Source: Desulfatiglandales bacterium
GTDB taxonomy: Bacteria; Desulfobacterota; DSM-4660; Desulfatiglandales; Desulfatiglandaceae
DNA: 64,000 bases
Reading direction: 5' to 3'
Assembly (NCBI GenBank): GCA_963666345.1
Contig: OY762721.1
Span: forward strand, 1,664,001-1,728,000
Positions 29,920 through 39,648 of the stretch are shown here, one piece after another. The position numbers and the translations under genes were made by a program. Numbering within the stretch: the stretch's first letter is position 1; each line of letters opens with the position of its first letter. The notes beneath the pieces were generated by a model. That model saw only the letters and a program-made list of their open reading frames with translations. It was not told where the DNA came from and did no database searches.

Positions 29920-30483
29920 ATGTATAATGCAAGTGATCTAAGAAAGGGCCTTAAGCTTCAGCTTGACGGTGAACCATACATCATTACCGAGTTTCAATTT
30001 AAAAAACCGGGAAAGGGTCAGTCTCTCTACCGTTGCAAACTGAAGAATATGATTACAGGGCTGACCATGGACAGGACCTACAGATCCGGAGATACCTTTG
30101 AGAGCCCCGACCTCGATGAAAGGACCATGCAGTACCTGTACAGCCAGGAAAATGAGTTCTGTTTCATGGATGTGGAGAATTATGAACAGACCTTCCTTAA
30201 CGAGGAACAGGTGGGAGAAGCAAAAAATTATCTGCTGGATAACCTGGAAGTGGATATCCTGCTGTTCAAGGGAAAGGCAATTGGCATAACCCTTCCCAAT
30301 TTTGTAGATCTTGCGGTCACTGCCGCTGATCCATGGGTAAAAGGAGATTCTGTTGCGGGGGACACAAAACCCGTAACCGTTGAAACCGGATATGAACTCC
30401 GGGTGCCCCCCTTTATTGAAGAGGGCCAGAAAATCACCATTGACACCCGGACGGGAGAATATGTCACACGAGTCAAGGGATAG
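29920..30483 (+). CDS. efp: Translation elongation factor P (Lys-type, PGKG loop)
   Basis: DLRKG, KPGKG, KGDS, VPPFI and DTRTGEY motifs. Confidence 0.97.
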   Translation: MYNASDLRKGLKLQLDGEPYIITEFQFKKPGKGQSLYRCKLKNMITGLTMDRTYRSGDTFESPDLDERTMQYLYSQENEFCFMDVENYEQTFLNEEQVGEAKNYLLDNLEVDILLFKGKAIGITLPNFVDLAVTAADPWVKGDSVAGDTKPVTVETGYELRVPPFIEEGQKITIDTRTGEYVTRVKG

Positions 30484-31414
30484 CCTCTTTATTGAAGAGA
30501 AGAGGAGGCTTGACCACCGTAAGGGGCGCCTTATGAGGCGTTCCCGAATGATTAATTCAATCAGAAATTTCTTCCTGGATCACGATTATCTGGAGGTGGA
30601 AACCCCTCAGCTTATCCCCGCACCTGCCCCTGAGACCCACATCGACGCAATAAAGGCGGAAGGCTTTTTTCTTCATACATCTCCCGAGCTTTGCATGAAG
30701 CGCCTGCTGGCGGCAGGTTTTCCACGCATTTTCCAGATAACAAAATGTTTTCGCAATAACGAAAGGGGAGAATTTCACCTTCCCGAATTCACCATGCTCG
30801 AATGGTACCATTCAGGTATCGAATACCGTCAGCTCATGGAAGAGTGCAGGGAGTTGATATTGAACGTTTCCGAGCAGCTCGGCTCCCCGAATAAAATCAG
30901 ATACAGAGGCAGGGATTGCGGTCTAAAAAGCGACTGGGAAAAAATTTCAGTATCCCGGGCCTTTGAAAAATACTCGCATCTCAGCATGAAGGATTCCCTT
31001 GATAAGGGGCTTTTTGATGTAATGATGGCGACGGAGATTGAAATTCATCTGGGCACATCGACTCCGACTTTTCTTTATGACTATCCGGCTTCACATGCGG
31101 CGCTTTCAAGGCTTAAGCCGGGGAACCGGGCTCTGGCGGAAAGGTTTGAGCTCTATGCCTTCGGCCTGGAATTGGCCAACGGTTTTTCAGAATTGACCGA
31201 TGCCGGGGAGCAGAGGAGGCGGTTTGAGAAAGAGCGTATCAGCAGGCAGATACTTGGAAATGACATCTACCCTATGCCTGAAAAGTTCCTGCAGATCCTT
31301 GATCACATGCCTCAGGCTTCAGGTATCGCCCTCGGCCTGGACCGGCTTGCGATGCTCTATACTGACAGCACCAAGATAGACGACGTAGTCGCCTTTACGC
31401 CGGAGGAACTCTAA
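30461..31414 (+). CDS. epmA: EF-P lysine aminoacylase EpmA (GenX/PoxA)
   Basis: EVETP, LHTSPELCMKRLLA, FRNNE..HLPEFTMLEWY, ELANGF and GIALGLDRL motifs; no anticodon domain; overlaps efp. Confidence 0.95.
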   Translation: MSHESRDSLFIEEKRRLDHRKGRLMRRSRMINSIRNFFLDHDYLEVETPQLIPAPAPETHIDAIKAEGFFLHTSPELCMKRLLAAGFPRIFQITKCFRNNERGEFHLPEFTMLEWYHSGIEYRQLMEECRELILNVSEQLGSPNKIRYRGRDCGLKSDWEKISVSRAFEKYSHLSMKDSLDKGLFDVMMATEIEIHLGTSTPTFLYDYPASHAALSRLKPGNRALAERFELYAFGLELANGFSELTDAGEQRRRFEKERISRQILGNDIYPMPEKFLQILDHMPQASGIALGLDRLAMLYTDSTKIDDVVAFTPEEL

Positions 31415-31696
31415 GGCCCTCTCTCCATAAAATACACCCCTGCCGCTTCCCGGCTCCACGGTCTGATTCAGACATCGGTACGAAGATAAAAGTATTCGGA
31501 AAAAGCCGCGGTTACCGGCAAGGTGTCAGATGCAAGTCGAGGCCGCAAAACCGGGAACCCGCCCCGGGCATATCAAACGGCAGATAATGACTTTTTATCC
31601 AGGACACGATTTTCTTGCTTGCTACTTGATATCCATATATAGTATTTGATAGCGGGTATTTTTGAGATCTCGATTTGTGAATGATTGGTGGTTTTT

Positions 31697-32443
31697 ATGG
31701 GGGTTTCAACTCAACAAATAACAAACACCCACACGCTCAAGCGTTCATCTTCAGCCGGGGCTGGGAAATGCCTTTCCTGCGGCTCTCAACTGCCGCGAAG
31801 GGGCTGCAGATACTGCTCAAAGGAGTGCCGGCAGCATTTGGTATGGGTACTTTCTTTATCAAAAGGCCTTCTCAGGACCTTTAACACCAGGTATGCGGCA
31901 TTTTCATTCACTGATGATCATGTGATACTGGATGTTCTTTCGGTTTGGTCAAAGGTCATATCCAGATTTGTCTATCAGAGAACCAATGGCAGAAGGCCCG
32001 CAGAAGATCTGAAAAGGCTCATACTGAAGTCAGGAAAGGAGTGGCATAATCTGGTCGACAACCGAAACTCCAGAAGTTCTGCTTCCCTTTCTCTCCTGGA
32101 AAAATGCCTCAAGAAGGATCTGGACCCTGCCAGTATAAAGCCTAATAAAAACGCCCGACCCCGTCTTTCAAAGATAGAAAGCGACTGCCTCAAGATATTG
32201 AAACTGGGAAGGGAAGATCTGTCTTCCGCCGATTCACTCGAGAAGATCAAACAGGCCTATAAAAAACTTGCCAAGATTCACCATCCGGATATGGGAGGGG
32301 ATGAAGAGAGGTTTAAAAAGCTCAATCAGGCACATGAAAAGATGCTCACCTGGACACAGAACCCTCAATACACATCCAGAAAGGCCCTTAACGACTGCTG
32401 GTCCTTTGACGGTTTTAACGGCAAATGGTCCCCTCCCCTTTAA
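31697..32443 (+). CDS. J-domain protein with N-terminal Cys4 zinc ribbon
   Basis: CLSC...YCSKEC at the N-terminus; IKQAYKKLAKIHHPDMGGDEERFKKLNQAH J-domain. Confidence 0.85.
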   Translation: MGVSTQQITNTHTLKRSSSAGAGKCLSCGSQLPRRGCRYCSKECRQHLVWVLSLSKGLLRTFNTRYAAFSFTDDHVILDVLSVWSKVISRFVYQRTNGRRPAEDLKRLILKSGKEWHNLVDNRNSRSSASLSLLEKCLKKDLDPASIKPNKNARPRLSKIESDCLKILKLGREDLSSADSLEKIKQAYKKLAKIHHPDMGGDEERFKKLNQAHEKMLTWTQNPQYTSRKALNDCWSFDGFNGKWSPPL

Positions 32444-32449
32444 ATACCT

Positions 32450-32853
32450 GGGAAATCAAAAAACCTGACACCCCTCACCCGTTACTGAACCTCTGCCCGC
32501 CGGCGCAAGAGCCGTTCAGACGCGCATCGTTATTCGTTATTTGTTATTCGAAAAAGCTCAAACACACACTCCGGCCCATTCTTAGACACCTCTGTTCGTC
32601 AGCGCACAAGCACAGGAACCGGCACTCTTTTTCCGGCCTTATAGCCAGGCGAGAAAAGCGGGAAATGCGAGAAATGGATCTCCCACTTGAACCCTGGAAT
32701 CCTCGGATCCTTGAATCCTCATATATTTTTAGACACCAGCCAATCACACTCACAGGTTATCAACAAACAACAGCCTGCCGGCCTCAAGTAAGGCTGTAGA
32801 AAAGGGTGCCGGCGCCGGAGAGGCAGTCATTTAAACGTGCAGCGCTATTTGTT
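32450..32853 (+). repeat. Dispersed structured repeat family member (type-2 interior, octamer run CTTGAACC/CTGGAATC/CTCGGATC/CTTGAATC)
   Basis: CGCGCATCGTTATTCGTTATTTGTTATTCGAAAAA as in the 18-kb array; stem CCGGCACTCTTTTTCCGGCCTTAT ... GTAAGGCTGTAGAAAAGGGTGCCGG. Confidence 0.8.
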
Positions 32854-32900
32854 CAGATCTGGTGAGTAAGCAAGGCGAAGGAAATATATCCCGATAAAGC

Positions 32901-34226
32901 CTATTTTTTCTTAAGGGCTGCGATAATCCTTCTTACATCCCTTTCAAACCCCCTCCCGGTAGGAGTGTAAAAACCACGCCTTTTTACTCCTTCAGGGAGA
33001 TATTCCTGTCTTACCCAGCCGCCTTCGTAGTTGTGGGGATAAAGATAACCGCGGCTGTAGCCCAGCTTTTTCATAAGGGAGGTAGGGGCGTTTCTGATAT
33101 GTTTGGGAACAGGCTGGTGTCCTGTCCTCCTTATTTCCTCTTTCACCGCCTTTTCCGCCAGATAAAGCGAATTGCTCTTGGGCGCGGTTGCCAGATAAAC
33201 GGCTGCCTGCAAAAGGGCCAGCTGCGCCTCAGGAGGCCCAACCTTCTGCCACGCCTCAAAGGCACTGAGAGCTATCCCGAGAGCATTCGGATCCGCCATG
33301 CCTATGTCTTCACTGGCAAATCGAATCATCCTTCTTCCAATAAAAAGGGGATCCTCTCCCGCCTCAAGCATCCGGTAGAGCCAGTACACTGACGCCTGAG
33401 GGTCACTGCCTCTCAGGCTTTTGTGAAATGCCGATATAAGGTTGTAATGCTCTTCTCCGTCTTTGTCATAGTGGAGGGCCTTTTCCGACAAGGCCTTTTC
33501 AACGTTTTCAAGTTCCAGCCTGATTTCCGAACCATCCTGATTGCCCATCGAATAGAGGACAGTCATCTCAAGGTTATTGAGAGCCACCCTGGCATCACCC
33601 TGGGAAAACCCGGCCAGGCAGTCAAGCGCCTCCCGGCTGATACGGATATCAAATCGCCCCAAACCGCGCTCCCTGTCATCAAGTGCCCGGACTAACAGCT
33701 CCCTGATATCCTTACTTTCAAGCGGCTTAAGAACTATTATCCTCACCCTTGAAATAAGGGGTGAAATTATCTCGAAAGAGGGGTTCTGCGTCGTTGCACC
33801 CAGCAGGATGATAAGACCCGACTCCACATGGGGAAGGAATGCGTCCTGCTGGACCTTGTTAAACCTGTGTATTTCATCCACAAAGAGCAGGGTCGGTCTT
33901 CCTGAATCGGACCAAAAGGACTTTGCTTCTGCTATGGCTTCTCTAAGGTCTTTGAGTCCTGAGGTTACGGCGGAAAAGGCACGAAAAGGCAGGCTGCTGT
34001 ATGAGGCAATAAGCCGTGACAGGGTTGTCTTACCTGATCCCGGAGGCCCCCATAAGATAAACGAAAAAGGGTTTCCCATCCTTATGGCCTTTGAAAGCAT
34101 ACAATCTGGTCCCAGGACATGATCCTGTCCCACCACCTCTTCCAGGCTGACAGGCCTCATTCTTTCGGCAAGAGGTATCTCATGATTTTCCTGAACGCTG
34201 CTCATTAGGCGATACTCCAGGTTCAC
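32901..34226 (-). CDS. rarA: Replication-associated recombination protein A (MgsA)
   Basis: PLAERMRP, WGPPGSGKTT, FVDEIHRFNK, GATTQNP, SAFHKSLRGSD and ASEDIG motifs. Confidence 0.96.
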   Translation of the reverse strand: MNLEYRLMSSVQENHEIPLAERMRPVSLEEVVGQDHVLGPDCMLSKAIRMGNPFSFILWGPPGSGKTTLSRLIASYSSLPFRAFSAVTSGLKDLREAIAEAKSFWSDSGRPTLLFVDEIHRFNKVQQDAFLPHVESGLIILLGATTQNPSFEIISPLISRVRIIVLKPLESKDIRELLVRALDDRERGLGRFDIRISREALDCLAGFSQGDARVALNNLEMTVLYSMGNQDGSEIRLELENVEKALSEKALHYDKDGEEHYNLISAFHKSLRGSDPQASVYWLYRMLEAGEDPLFIGRRMIRFASEDIGMADPNALGIALSAFEAWQKVGPPEAQLALLQAAVYLATAPKSNSLYLAEKAVKEEIRRTGHQPVPKHIRNAPTSLMKKLGYSRGYLYPHNYEGGWVRQEYLPEGVKRRGFYTPTGRGFERDVRRIIAALKKK

Positions 34227-35791
34227 TTGATAAGCCGAGATATCTTGGGAATTATTTTATCCATTTCCAGGGGCCTCCTTATTGCCAGATCCGGGCCCAT
34301 CTTCCTCAACTCCTGAGAAATATCATCGTTCCCGTCCCCTATTACGACTATCGGCAGATCCGGTTTGGTTTTTCTGAGCCTTTTGAGAAGCGTTGATATC
34401 TGTCCGTATGGGGCTGAAAGATCTGCTATGACAAGAGAAGCGACGTCTTTTCTTATTGCCTTTACTGCTTCCTTTTCGTTCGATACCACCATAATTTTTG
34501 CACCCTTGCTTAAGAGAACCTGGTTTAAGAGGGTCAGGATTATACCCTGAGCAGAGACTACCAGGATATTGGCACCCTTCATCTTGTGGCAAGCTGTTTT
34601 TGCTGATGGGCGGGACAACTTCTGGGCAAGAGGGAGCTTGATTGTAAAGGTGGTTCCCTGCTTCTCCCGGCTCATTATCTCAATATCCCCTCCGTAACGG
34701 CCGATAATTGAATAGGCCAGACTCAGTCCAAGCCCCATTCTGCCTTCATCCCTTGTTGAATAAAAGGGGTCAAATATCTTCTCTTGTATAGAGGCGGGGA
34801 TACCCTCGCCGTTATCCTGTATATATACATGAGCAAACCCGGAATTTTCCTCTGTTGAAAGATATATCCGACCACTGCCTTTAAGCGCTTCAATGGCATT
34901 GGAAATAAGATCCACAAACGCCGCCCTTATCTCTTCCGGCCTCGCCTGGACCGGCGAAAGTGCCCGCAGATAGGTCTTGAGTCTGATAGCGCTTCCCGAG
35001 GTTTCGTCTTTCAGCCGTGGTCTTATAATCGAGATCGCATCCTGGACTATCTTTTTCAGATCACAAGGTATCACCTCGGAGATCTCGGCGCTTCTTCCGG
35101 AAAGAAGGAAAAGTTTGTCGGCTATTTCGTGCCCCTTGTCTCTGGCTGCAGAGGCATTTTCAATCGCTTTCAAAAGCTTGGGGTTCCCGGCGCTTTCCTG
35201 CAGTCCTGAAAGACCGGTAAGGGTTTCAAGGCCGTTCATGCATTCGTTTATTACTCTTGAAAGACCGGTTGACATCCTCACTATCGCGTCCATCTTGCGG
35301 GTCTGCACTAACTGTCTCTCTTTCCCTTTTCTTTCAACAAGATCTATTATGTTCAGCAGAAAGGCCCTGCGCCTTTTGTAAATGGTCTTTTCCACCCATA
35401 TCTCACACGGTCTTGATTCACCCTCAACCGTCATAAGACGAATCTCATAAGGATTCGGCAGCGCCTTACCTGAAAGCCGCTGTCTGTAGATGCCAAGGAC
35501 ATATTCCACATCACCGGGATGCACGAAGTCAATACCCTTTCTACCCAGAACCTCTTCAGCCTTGTATCCTAAAAATTGCCGGATCCTTTCGCTGCAGAAC
35601 ATGATCCGCTCGTCCTGAACCATCAGCAGGGCGATAGGGGTTCCCTTAAGCATGTTCTCCATGCCTTTCAGGCCTTTCCGAAGGAGCTGCCTTTCCCTTC
35701 TGAGTCCATCAGCTTCCTGCTTCAGCCTCTCATTTTTTTTCTTCAGCCTCTCTATTTTTACCTGGAGAGAACTCTTCCTGGGAGATTTCAT
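34223..35791 (-). CDS. PAS-HATPase-REC hybrid sensor; phospho-His absent (pseudokinase)
   Basis: Coiled coil, PAS (FVHPGD), degenerate H-box, intact N/G1/F/G2 boxes (SNAIEA, DNGEG, FDPFYST, GMGLGLS), degenerate REC. Confidence 0.85.
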   Translation of the reverse strand: MKSPRKSSLQVKIERLKKKNERLKQEADGLRRERQLLRKGLKGMENMLKGTPIALLMVQDERIMFCSERIRQFLGYKAEEVLGRKGIDFVHPGDVEYVLGIYRQRLSGKALPNPYEIRLMTVEGESRPCEIWVEKTIYKRRRAFLLNIIDLVERKGKERQLVQTRKMDAIVRMSTGLSRVINECMNGLETLTGLSGLQESAGNPKLLKAIENASAARDKGHEIADKLFLLSGRSAEISEVIPCDLKKIVQDAISIIRPRLKDETSGSAIRLKTYLRALSPVQARPEEIRAAFVDLISNAIEALKGSGRIYLSTEENSGFAHVYIQDNGEGIPASIQEKIFDPFYSTRDEGRMGLGLSLAYSIIGRYGGDIEIMSREKQGTTFTIKLPLAQKLSRPSAKTACHKMKGANILVVSAQGIILTLLNQVLLSKGAKIMVVSNEKEAVKAIRKDVASLVIADLSAPYGQISTLLKRLRKTKPDLPIVVIGDGNDDISQELRKMGPDLAIRRPLEMDKIIPKISRLIK

Positions 35792-35821
35792 ACTATACCC
35801 GTACGATTTACAGATTAATCG

Positions 35822-35972
35822 ATTTCAATCCATAAATGGCTGTTTTTGACAATCGTTTTATCAATCTGCTGGATCACTTGTGCGGCTTACCATGGAACTC
35901 ATCCGCGTAATTCCTTGATCTTCTTCACTCTGCTCGGTTCCACCCATCGGCCGGCTCGGGGTACCGGGTTCC
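35822..35972 (-). repeat. Dispersed MITE-like element (family 2), copy 2
   Basis: Reverse complement matches 22204-22352 (GAAGATCA.G.ATTACG, GCCGCACAAGTGA, GCAGATTGA, CCATTTATGGAT). Confidence 0.75.
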
Positions 35973-36152
35973 TGATCCTGCCAAAAAGTCTTTTCCCCTG
36001 ACCGGGGATTCACCGCCTCCCAAAATTGCATGGATGAAACATAATCTGGAAAACGGCTTGATGATCCTTCATACATACCGTATCATAATTTTTTACCGTC
36101 TTACAACACACAAGTCATTATCAATTATTACAACAAGTTAAGCGAGGAAAAA

Positions 36153-39100
36153 GTGAAAAACTCCCCATTTGTTCACCTCCATGTCCACTCGGAGTACAGC
36201 CTTCTTGACGGCGCCATCCGGATAGACAGGATGATAAAGAAATGTCTTGACCTTGAAATGAGGTCCGTCGCTCTGACGGATCACGGAAACATGTTCGGCG
36301 CCGTACAGTTCTACGAACAGGCGACAAAGGCGGGAATCAAACCGATAATAGGTTCCGAAATATACGTCGCACCGGGAGACAGACGGGATCATAGTCCATT
36401 CAAAGACGGAGGCCCGAACGCATATCATCTGGTCCTGCTGGCAATGAACGAGGAGGGCTATAAAAACCTGAGCAAGCTGGTGACACTCGGTTACCTGGAG
36501 GGTTTCTATTATCACCCGCGAGTGGACATGGAGCTTCTCAGGAATCACAGCGGTGGGCTTATAGCACTTTCCGCCTGCCTCAAGGGATATGTGCAATATC
36601 ACTTGAACTCGGGACGGCCTGAAAAGGCCGAAAGAATGGCAAAGGAACTTGCCTCCCTTTTTGACAACGACAGATTTTACCTTGAGGTACAGGCTAACGG
36701 CCTGCCTCAACAGATAAAAGTAAATAGTGCGCTGAGAGAACTTTCTCAGGACTTATCCATCCCGCTGGTCGGGACAAACGACTGCCATTATCTTAACAAG
36801 GAAGACCACGAGGCCCATGACGTCCTTCTGTGCATTCAGACGGGGAAAACAGTTGACGATGAAAAGCGCCTCAAGTTTTCATCCAATGAATTTTTCTTCA
36901 AGACCAGGCCTGAAATGGAAGAAAAATTGAAGGGGTTTGAAGATGCCCTGGACAACACCAATACGGTCGCTGAGCGTTGCACATATGAAATGAAATTCGG
37001 CGAATATAAATACCCGGTGTTTCAGGTTCCCGGGAAACGAAATTTAAATGACGTATTGGAAGAAGAGGCAAAAAAGGGCTTCAATTACAGGTTGACGGAA
37101 AAGGAGGAGGAACAGGGGTCTTTATCGGAGGACACAATCAAGGAATACAGCGACCGCTTCGATTTTGAATTAAAGGTCATACAGGACATGGGCTTTGCAG
37201 GCTACTTTCTGATTGTGGCCGATTTCATCGACTATGCGAGAAAGGCAGACATCCCGGTCGGGCCGGGAAGGGGATCCGCCGCAGGTTCTCTTGTCGCCTA
37301 CTGTCTAAGGATCACCAACATAGACCCGATAAAATACGGCCTGCTGTTCGAGAGATTTCTTAATCCCCAGAGGATCAGCATGCCTGATATTGATATCGAC
37401 TTCTGCATGAACGGCAGGGACGATGTAATACGTTATGTTTCGGAAAAATACGGTCGTGAAGAGGTTGGACAGATCATAACCTTTGGAACCATGAAGGCCA
37501 GAGGTGCCTTAAGGGACGTGGGCAGAGCCCTCAACATACCTCTTGGAGAAGTGGACAAGATAGCGAAACTCGTCCCGGAAGGTCCCAAGGTCACCCTGGC
37601 ACAGGCCCTTGACGAGGTGCCTGAGTTGAAAAAGATGGAAGAAGGTCAGGAACAGATCAGAAAGCTCCTCAAGATTTCCCGTTCGCTTGAGGGACTTTCC
37701 AGGCACGCCTCCACCCACGCCTGCGGGGTCGTTATTTCCGACAGACCGCTGGTGGAATATCTGCCCCTGTTCAAAGGACCCAGGGATGAGATCATGACCC
37801 AGTTCACCATGGACAGGATAGAACAGCTGGGCCTCATAAAATTTGATTTCCTTGGGCTGAAAACCCTTACGGTCATAAAGCATACCCTGTCGCTGATCGA
37901 ACAGACAGAGGGCATCAGCATAGACATAGACAAGATAGATCTCAATGACAAAGAGTCGTATCAGTTATGCTCGGAGGGCAAGACCACGGGAGTTTTTCAG
38001 CTTGAGAGTTCAGGGATGAAAGAACTGCTGAGAAAACTCAGGCCTGAAATATTCGAAGACCTTGTAGCCCTTGTTGCCCTATACAGGCCGGGGCCCCTGG
38101 GCAGCAACATGGTCGATGATTTCATAAACGGGAAGCACGGAAATGTTGAAATCGAGTATCTTCTGCCGCAACTCGAATCGATTCTAAAGGAGACCTACGG
38201 GGTTATCCTGTACCAGGAACAGGTGATGAAGATCGCCCGCGACCTGGCCGATTACACCATGGCCGAGGCGGATGAATTGAGAAAGGCCGTGGGGAAGAAA
38301 AAGCCTGAGGTCCTTGCCAGGCACAGGCAGCGTTTCATCAAAGGGGCACTGAAAAACGGGGTGGACAAAAAGAAGTCTGAAACCCTTTTCGCCCTTATAG
38401 ACAAATTCGGCGGTTACGGATTCAACAAGTCCCATTCAGCCGCTTATGCGATGATTGCATTTCAGACGGCTTATCTGAAGGCCCACTATCCGGTACAGTT
38501 TATGGCCGCCCTTCTCACACAGGACATGGGCAATCAGGATAAAACCATTAAAAATCTTGCCGAATGTCGCGGAATGGGCATAGAAATCCTTCCTCCCGAC
38601 ATAAATGAGAGTGAAGCGAACTTTTCCGTTTTTCAAGGAAAGATCCGCTTCGGTCTTGCCGCAGTAAAAAATGTAGGGTTAAAGGCGGTGGAATCCATTA
38701 TAGATGAAAGAAAAGAGCATGGGCCTTTTCAGAACATGGTGGAATTCTGCCAAAGAGTGGAAGGCGCGAAGGTCAACCGAAGGGTGCTCGAAGGTCTGGT
38801 GCAATGCGGCGCCTTTGATTTTACCGGCATTTACAGATCCAGGCTCTTGGCGGCCATGGATGAAGTCATGCGATTCTGCGGTTCGAATCACGACCCCAAT
38901 CAACTCAGCATATTCGATTCTTCGGCCATGAGCAGCAACGGGGCATCAAGCCTGTTCGAATTCCCCGACCTTGAGAAATGGGATGAAAAGGAGATGCTCA
39001 GGCGTGAAAAAGAGGCGCTCGGGTTCTATATAACCGGTCATCCCCTGGAAAATTACAGTGATGAGATCTCCCGGTATTCTACCGCATCCATTCAGGATCT

Positions 39101-39626
39101 TCCGAACAAAAAGGACAAAAGTCTGGAGAAGGTGGCGGGAGTTATTGAAAGCATAAAGCTCAAAAGGACAAAAAGAGGCGATAAGATGGCCCTGCTCCAG
39201 TTCGAGGACCTCACAGGCTCGGCGGAGGTGGTGGTTTTCCCTGATGTATTCAACAGGACATCCTCGCTGCTCAAGGGAGATGACCCGCTGCTGATAAAGG
39301 GAAGTGTCGAAACAAACGAGAGTACGGCCAAGATCCTGGCCCAGGACATACAAACACTTGCATCCATAAGACAGGAAAGCATAAAGGCGATAGAGCTCTT
39401 ACTTCATGAAGGGTCGGCGGACAGAGAACTGCTTGAGGATTTAAGGGATATCGTCTTCAAATACCCCGGCAATTGCGGGGTTTTCTTTAAACTGGAGATG
39501 GCCGATGGGAAACATATAAACATCTGCGCGGGCCCAAGTTTCAATGTCATACCCTGCAGCGAGCTTTTGACTGAAATAGAAACCCGCATCGGGCACAAGG
39601 TAAATCAAATTACGAGCACTACTTAG
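36153..39626 (+). CDS. dnaE: DNA polymerase III alpha subunit
   Basis: HLHVHSEYSLLDG PHP, GPGRGSAAGS, MPDIDIDF, KFDFLGL, FNKSH and C-terminal OB motifs. Confidence 0.98.
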   Translation: MKNSPFVHLHVHSEYSLLDGAIRIDRMIKKCLDLEMRSVALTDHGNMFGAVQFYEQATKAGIKPIIGSEIYVAPGDRRDHSPFKDGGPNAYHLVLLAMNEEGYKNLSKLVTLGYLEGFYYHPRVDMELLRNHSGGLIALSACLKGYVQYHLNSGRPEKAERMAKELASLFDNDRFYLEVQANGLPQQIKVNSALRELSQDLSIPLVGTNDCHYLNKEDHEAHDVLLCIQTGKTVDDEKRLKFSSNEFFFKTRPEMEEKLKGFEDALDNTNTVAERCTYEMKFGEYKYPVFQVPGKRNLNDVLEEEAKKGFNYRLTEKEEEQGSLSEDTIKEYSDRFDFELKVIQDMGFAGYFLIVADFIDYARKADIPVGPGRGSAAGSLVAYCLRITNIDPIKYGLLFERFLNPQRISMPDIDIDFCMNGRDDVIRYVSEKYGREEVGQIITFGTMKARGALRDVGRALNIPLGEVDKIAKLVPEGPKVTLAQALDEVPELKKMEEGQEQIRKLLKISRSLEGLSRHASTHACGVVISDRPLVEYLPLFKGPRDEIMTQFTMDRIEQLGLIKFDFLGLKTLTVIKHTLSLIEQTEGISIDIDKIDLNDKESYQLCSEGKTTGVFQLESSGMKELLRKLRPEIFEDLVALVALYRPGPLGSNMVDDFINGKHGNVEIEYLLPQLESILKETYGVILYQEQVMKIARDLADYTMAEADELRKAVGKKKPEVLARHRQRFIKGALKNGVDKKKSETLFALIDKFGGYGFNKSHSAAYAMIAFQTAYLKAHYPVQFMAALLTQDMGNQDKTIKNLAECRGMGIEILPPDINESEANFSVFQGKIRFGLAAVKNVGLKAVESIIDERKEHGPFQNMVEFCQRVEGAKVNRRVLEGLVQCGAFDFTGIYRSRLLAAMDEVMRFCGSNHDPNQLSIFDSSAMSSNGASSLFEFPDLEKWDEKEMLRREKEALGFYITGHPLENYSDEISRYSTASIQDLPNKKDKSLEKVAGVIESIKLKRTKRGDKMALLQFEDLTGSAEVVVFPDVFNRTSSLLKGDDPLLIKGSVETNESTAKILAQDIQTLASIRQESIKAIELLLHEGSADRELLEDLRDIVFKYPGNCGVFFKLEMADGKHINICAGPSFNVIPCSELLTEIETRIGHKVNQITSTT

Positions 39627-39648
39627 ACTGCCAGGGAACGACCCCGGC

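Noticed and set aside
35861..36076. 71-aa ORF or housekeeping ncRNA (6S/SRP) between the kinase and dnaE
   Set aside because: The region is explained by the family-2 repeat, and no SRP or 6S motifs are recognisable
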